Assembly (NCBI GenBank): GCA_963745075.1
Contig: CAVUWV010000036.1
Location: 288,001 to 352,000, forward strand
DNA from: Candidatus Hydrogenedentota bacterium
GTDB lineage: Bacteria > Hydrogenedentota > Hydrogenedentia > Hydrogenedentales > SLHB01
Length of the DNA: 64,000 nucleotides
Reading direction: 5' to 3'
Shown here: positions 62,658-64,000 of the stretch, one piece after another
Position numbering within the stretch: position 1 is the first letter of the stretch
Layout of the letters: each line of letters opens with the position of its first letter
Made by a program: the position numbers and the translations under genes
Notes under the pieces: generated by a model
What the model saw: the letters and a program-made list of their open reading frames with translations, nothing else
Told to the model about the DNA's origin: nothing
Databases searched by the model: none

Positions 62658-63131
62658 TTAATCTTCTGAAATATCACATATCTCAGCATCCGAGGCCTTT
62701 ATCAGGTCAGCGGGTGCTATTTTTAACTGAAGTCCGCGGATACCTGCACTTACATAAATCTTTTCATAATTCCGGCAGGTTTCATGAATATAAGTGGGAT
62801 ACTTTTTCTTCATCCCAACAGGCGAACAACCTCCCCGTATATAGCCTGTAAGCCCCAGAATCTCTTTCATCTGTACCATGGCTGCTTTCTTGTTGCCGGA
62901 AACTTTGGCAGCTTTCTTAAGATCAACCTCAGTATTCCCGGGAATGATGGCAACAAACACGCCTGTTTTATCGCCTCGCAGCACCAGCGTCTTGAAAACC
63001 TCTTCAACCGGCTCCCCCACTTTGGCAGCGACAGTCTGAGCGCTCAGGTCATTTTCATCTACTTCATAAGGTACCAGCTCATAAGGTATGCCCTGTTTGT
63101 CGAGTAACCGGGCAGTGTTGGTTTTTTGCAT
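62658..63131 (-). CDS. ybaK: Cys-tRNA(Pro) deacylase
   Basis: KTNTARLLD, VFKTLV, TGYIRGGCSPVGMKK and VSAGIRGLQL. Confidence 0.93.
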   Translation of the reverse strand: MQKTNTARLLDKQGIPYELVPYEVDENDLSAQTVAAKVGEPVEEVFKTLVLRGDKTGVFVAIIPGNTEVDLKKAAKVSGNKKAAMVQMKEILGLTGYIRGGCSPVGMKKKYPTYIHETCRNYEKIYVSAGIRGLQLKIAPADLIKASDAEICDISED

Positions 63132-63281
63132 TTTTTCGGTTGTTTATCAGTTGTATATTCAATTGATTATTCAGTAGAGACTCGGTTGTGATTCGATTGT
63201 TTCATGAGTTCCATGTTGTTTAAATGGAAAACGCAAAGCTCCTCTGTCACCTTGTTACTTTGTTACCTTGTCACAGCCCAT

Positions 63282-63663
63282 GTTACTCACTCCCGCATGG
63301 CCAGGCCACAACCCGTTCGTGATCCTTGCCTTCACCAGGCCCTCGCTCCTGCCAAAGGCAAGGATTCAGTTGTTTATAAGTTAGATGGTTCAAGCATCCG
63401 CTTGGACCCCTTATTTTTATTCTGTCGTTTTTATTGTTCCATTAGTTTCATATGGTTTCAAGTTGTTTCAAATAGTTTCAGGCGTTTCAATTTGCCAGCT
63501 CTACCGCGAGTCTCCACCATGGCGCAAGTATTTACTTGTGCCCCGGATTATCAGTTTCAGTTTACACGCTCTTACTTTACTAAAAAATGATAAAAGTTCC
63601 AAGTCACGTAGAGACGACATTATGCTAAAACATTCATAAAATAACATATATAGTAGCTCCGTA
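63282..63663 (-). repeat. Composite repeat, right (inverted) copy
   Basis: 63282-63375 matches rc(58075-58170); GTTTCA x5 at ~10-bp period (63445-63489); 63601-63663 matches rc(57910-57972). Confidence 0.75.
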
Positions 63664-63816
63664 AAGCATTATTCATTTATTTCCTATAGATACAGGTATT
63701 TCAAATAATTTCAGTTTTTTAAATATACACATTCTCTAAAATCAGTATTTCAAATTTACATATGTAATCAATAAATAAAACCTTAATTATTTATAACTTT
63801 GATAAAAGCTTAAATT

Positions 63817-64000
63817 ATGAATCCATTACTAAAGCGCATAACAACCGACCCAGAAATCTGTCATGGCAAACCCTGCATACGGGGAATGAGATGGCCGGTT
63901 GAAGTTATTATTGATATGCTTGGTTCGGGAATGACTACAGAACAAATACTTGAAGATCACCCGGAGCTTGAAAAGGATGATATTCTTGCAAGCCTTAACT
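63817..64000 (+). CDS. DUF433 domain protein (putative antitoxin), 3'-truncated; absent from the ORF track
   Basis: Manual translation MNPLLKRITTDPEICHGKPCIRGMRWPVEVIIDMLGSGMTTEQILEDHPELEKDDI. TAACTTTG promoter at 63794-63801. Confidence 0.88.
   Translation, partial: MNPLLKRITTDPEICHGKPCIRGMRWPVEVIIDMLGSGMTTEQILEDHPELEKDDILASLN

Noticed and set aside
63204..63639. ORFs of 128 aa and 84 aa
   Set aside because: They lie over the composite repeat and short tandem tracts and lack protein-like features.

Overview
The window is two unrelated genomes joined together. Bases 1-~16790 are GC-rich and use sigma70-type promoters; the gene content suggests a Hydrogenedentes/Planctomycete-like organism (inference only). 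This part holds secreted putative glycan-active proteins, an MqsR toxin with an atypical antitoxin, a PHP hydrolase, a GNAT and a BlaI/BlaR1(M56) pair with clear operators. After a low-complexity junction (T11 and A25 runs, ~16785-16941) the DNA is AT-rich Bacteroidota with TAnnTTTG promoters. This part holds a truncated TANFOR-type secreted protein with a partner beta-barrel and Crp/Fnr regulator, an HTCS, peptide uptake genes, and a double ECF-sigma/FecR/SusCD pectin-type PUL (GH106, CE8) with two probable antisense sRNAs. It also holds a KamA-like radical SAM gene paired with a stand-alone diflavin reductase, a 6S-like RNA candidate, and a 5 kb block flanked by composite inverted repeats. 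At least seven genes are broken by single-base indels, most likely long-read errors. No rRNA, tRNA, CRISPR array, transposase or integrase was recognised. All calls come from motif recognition by eye; no searches were run.
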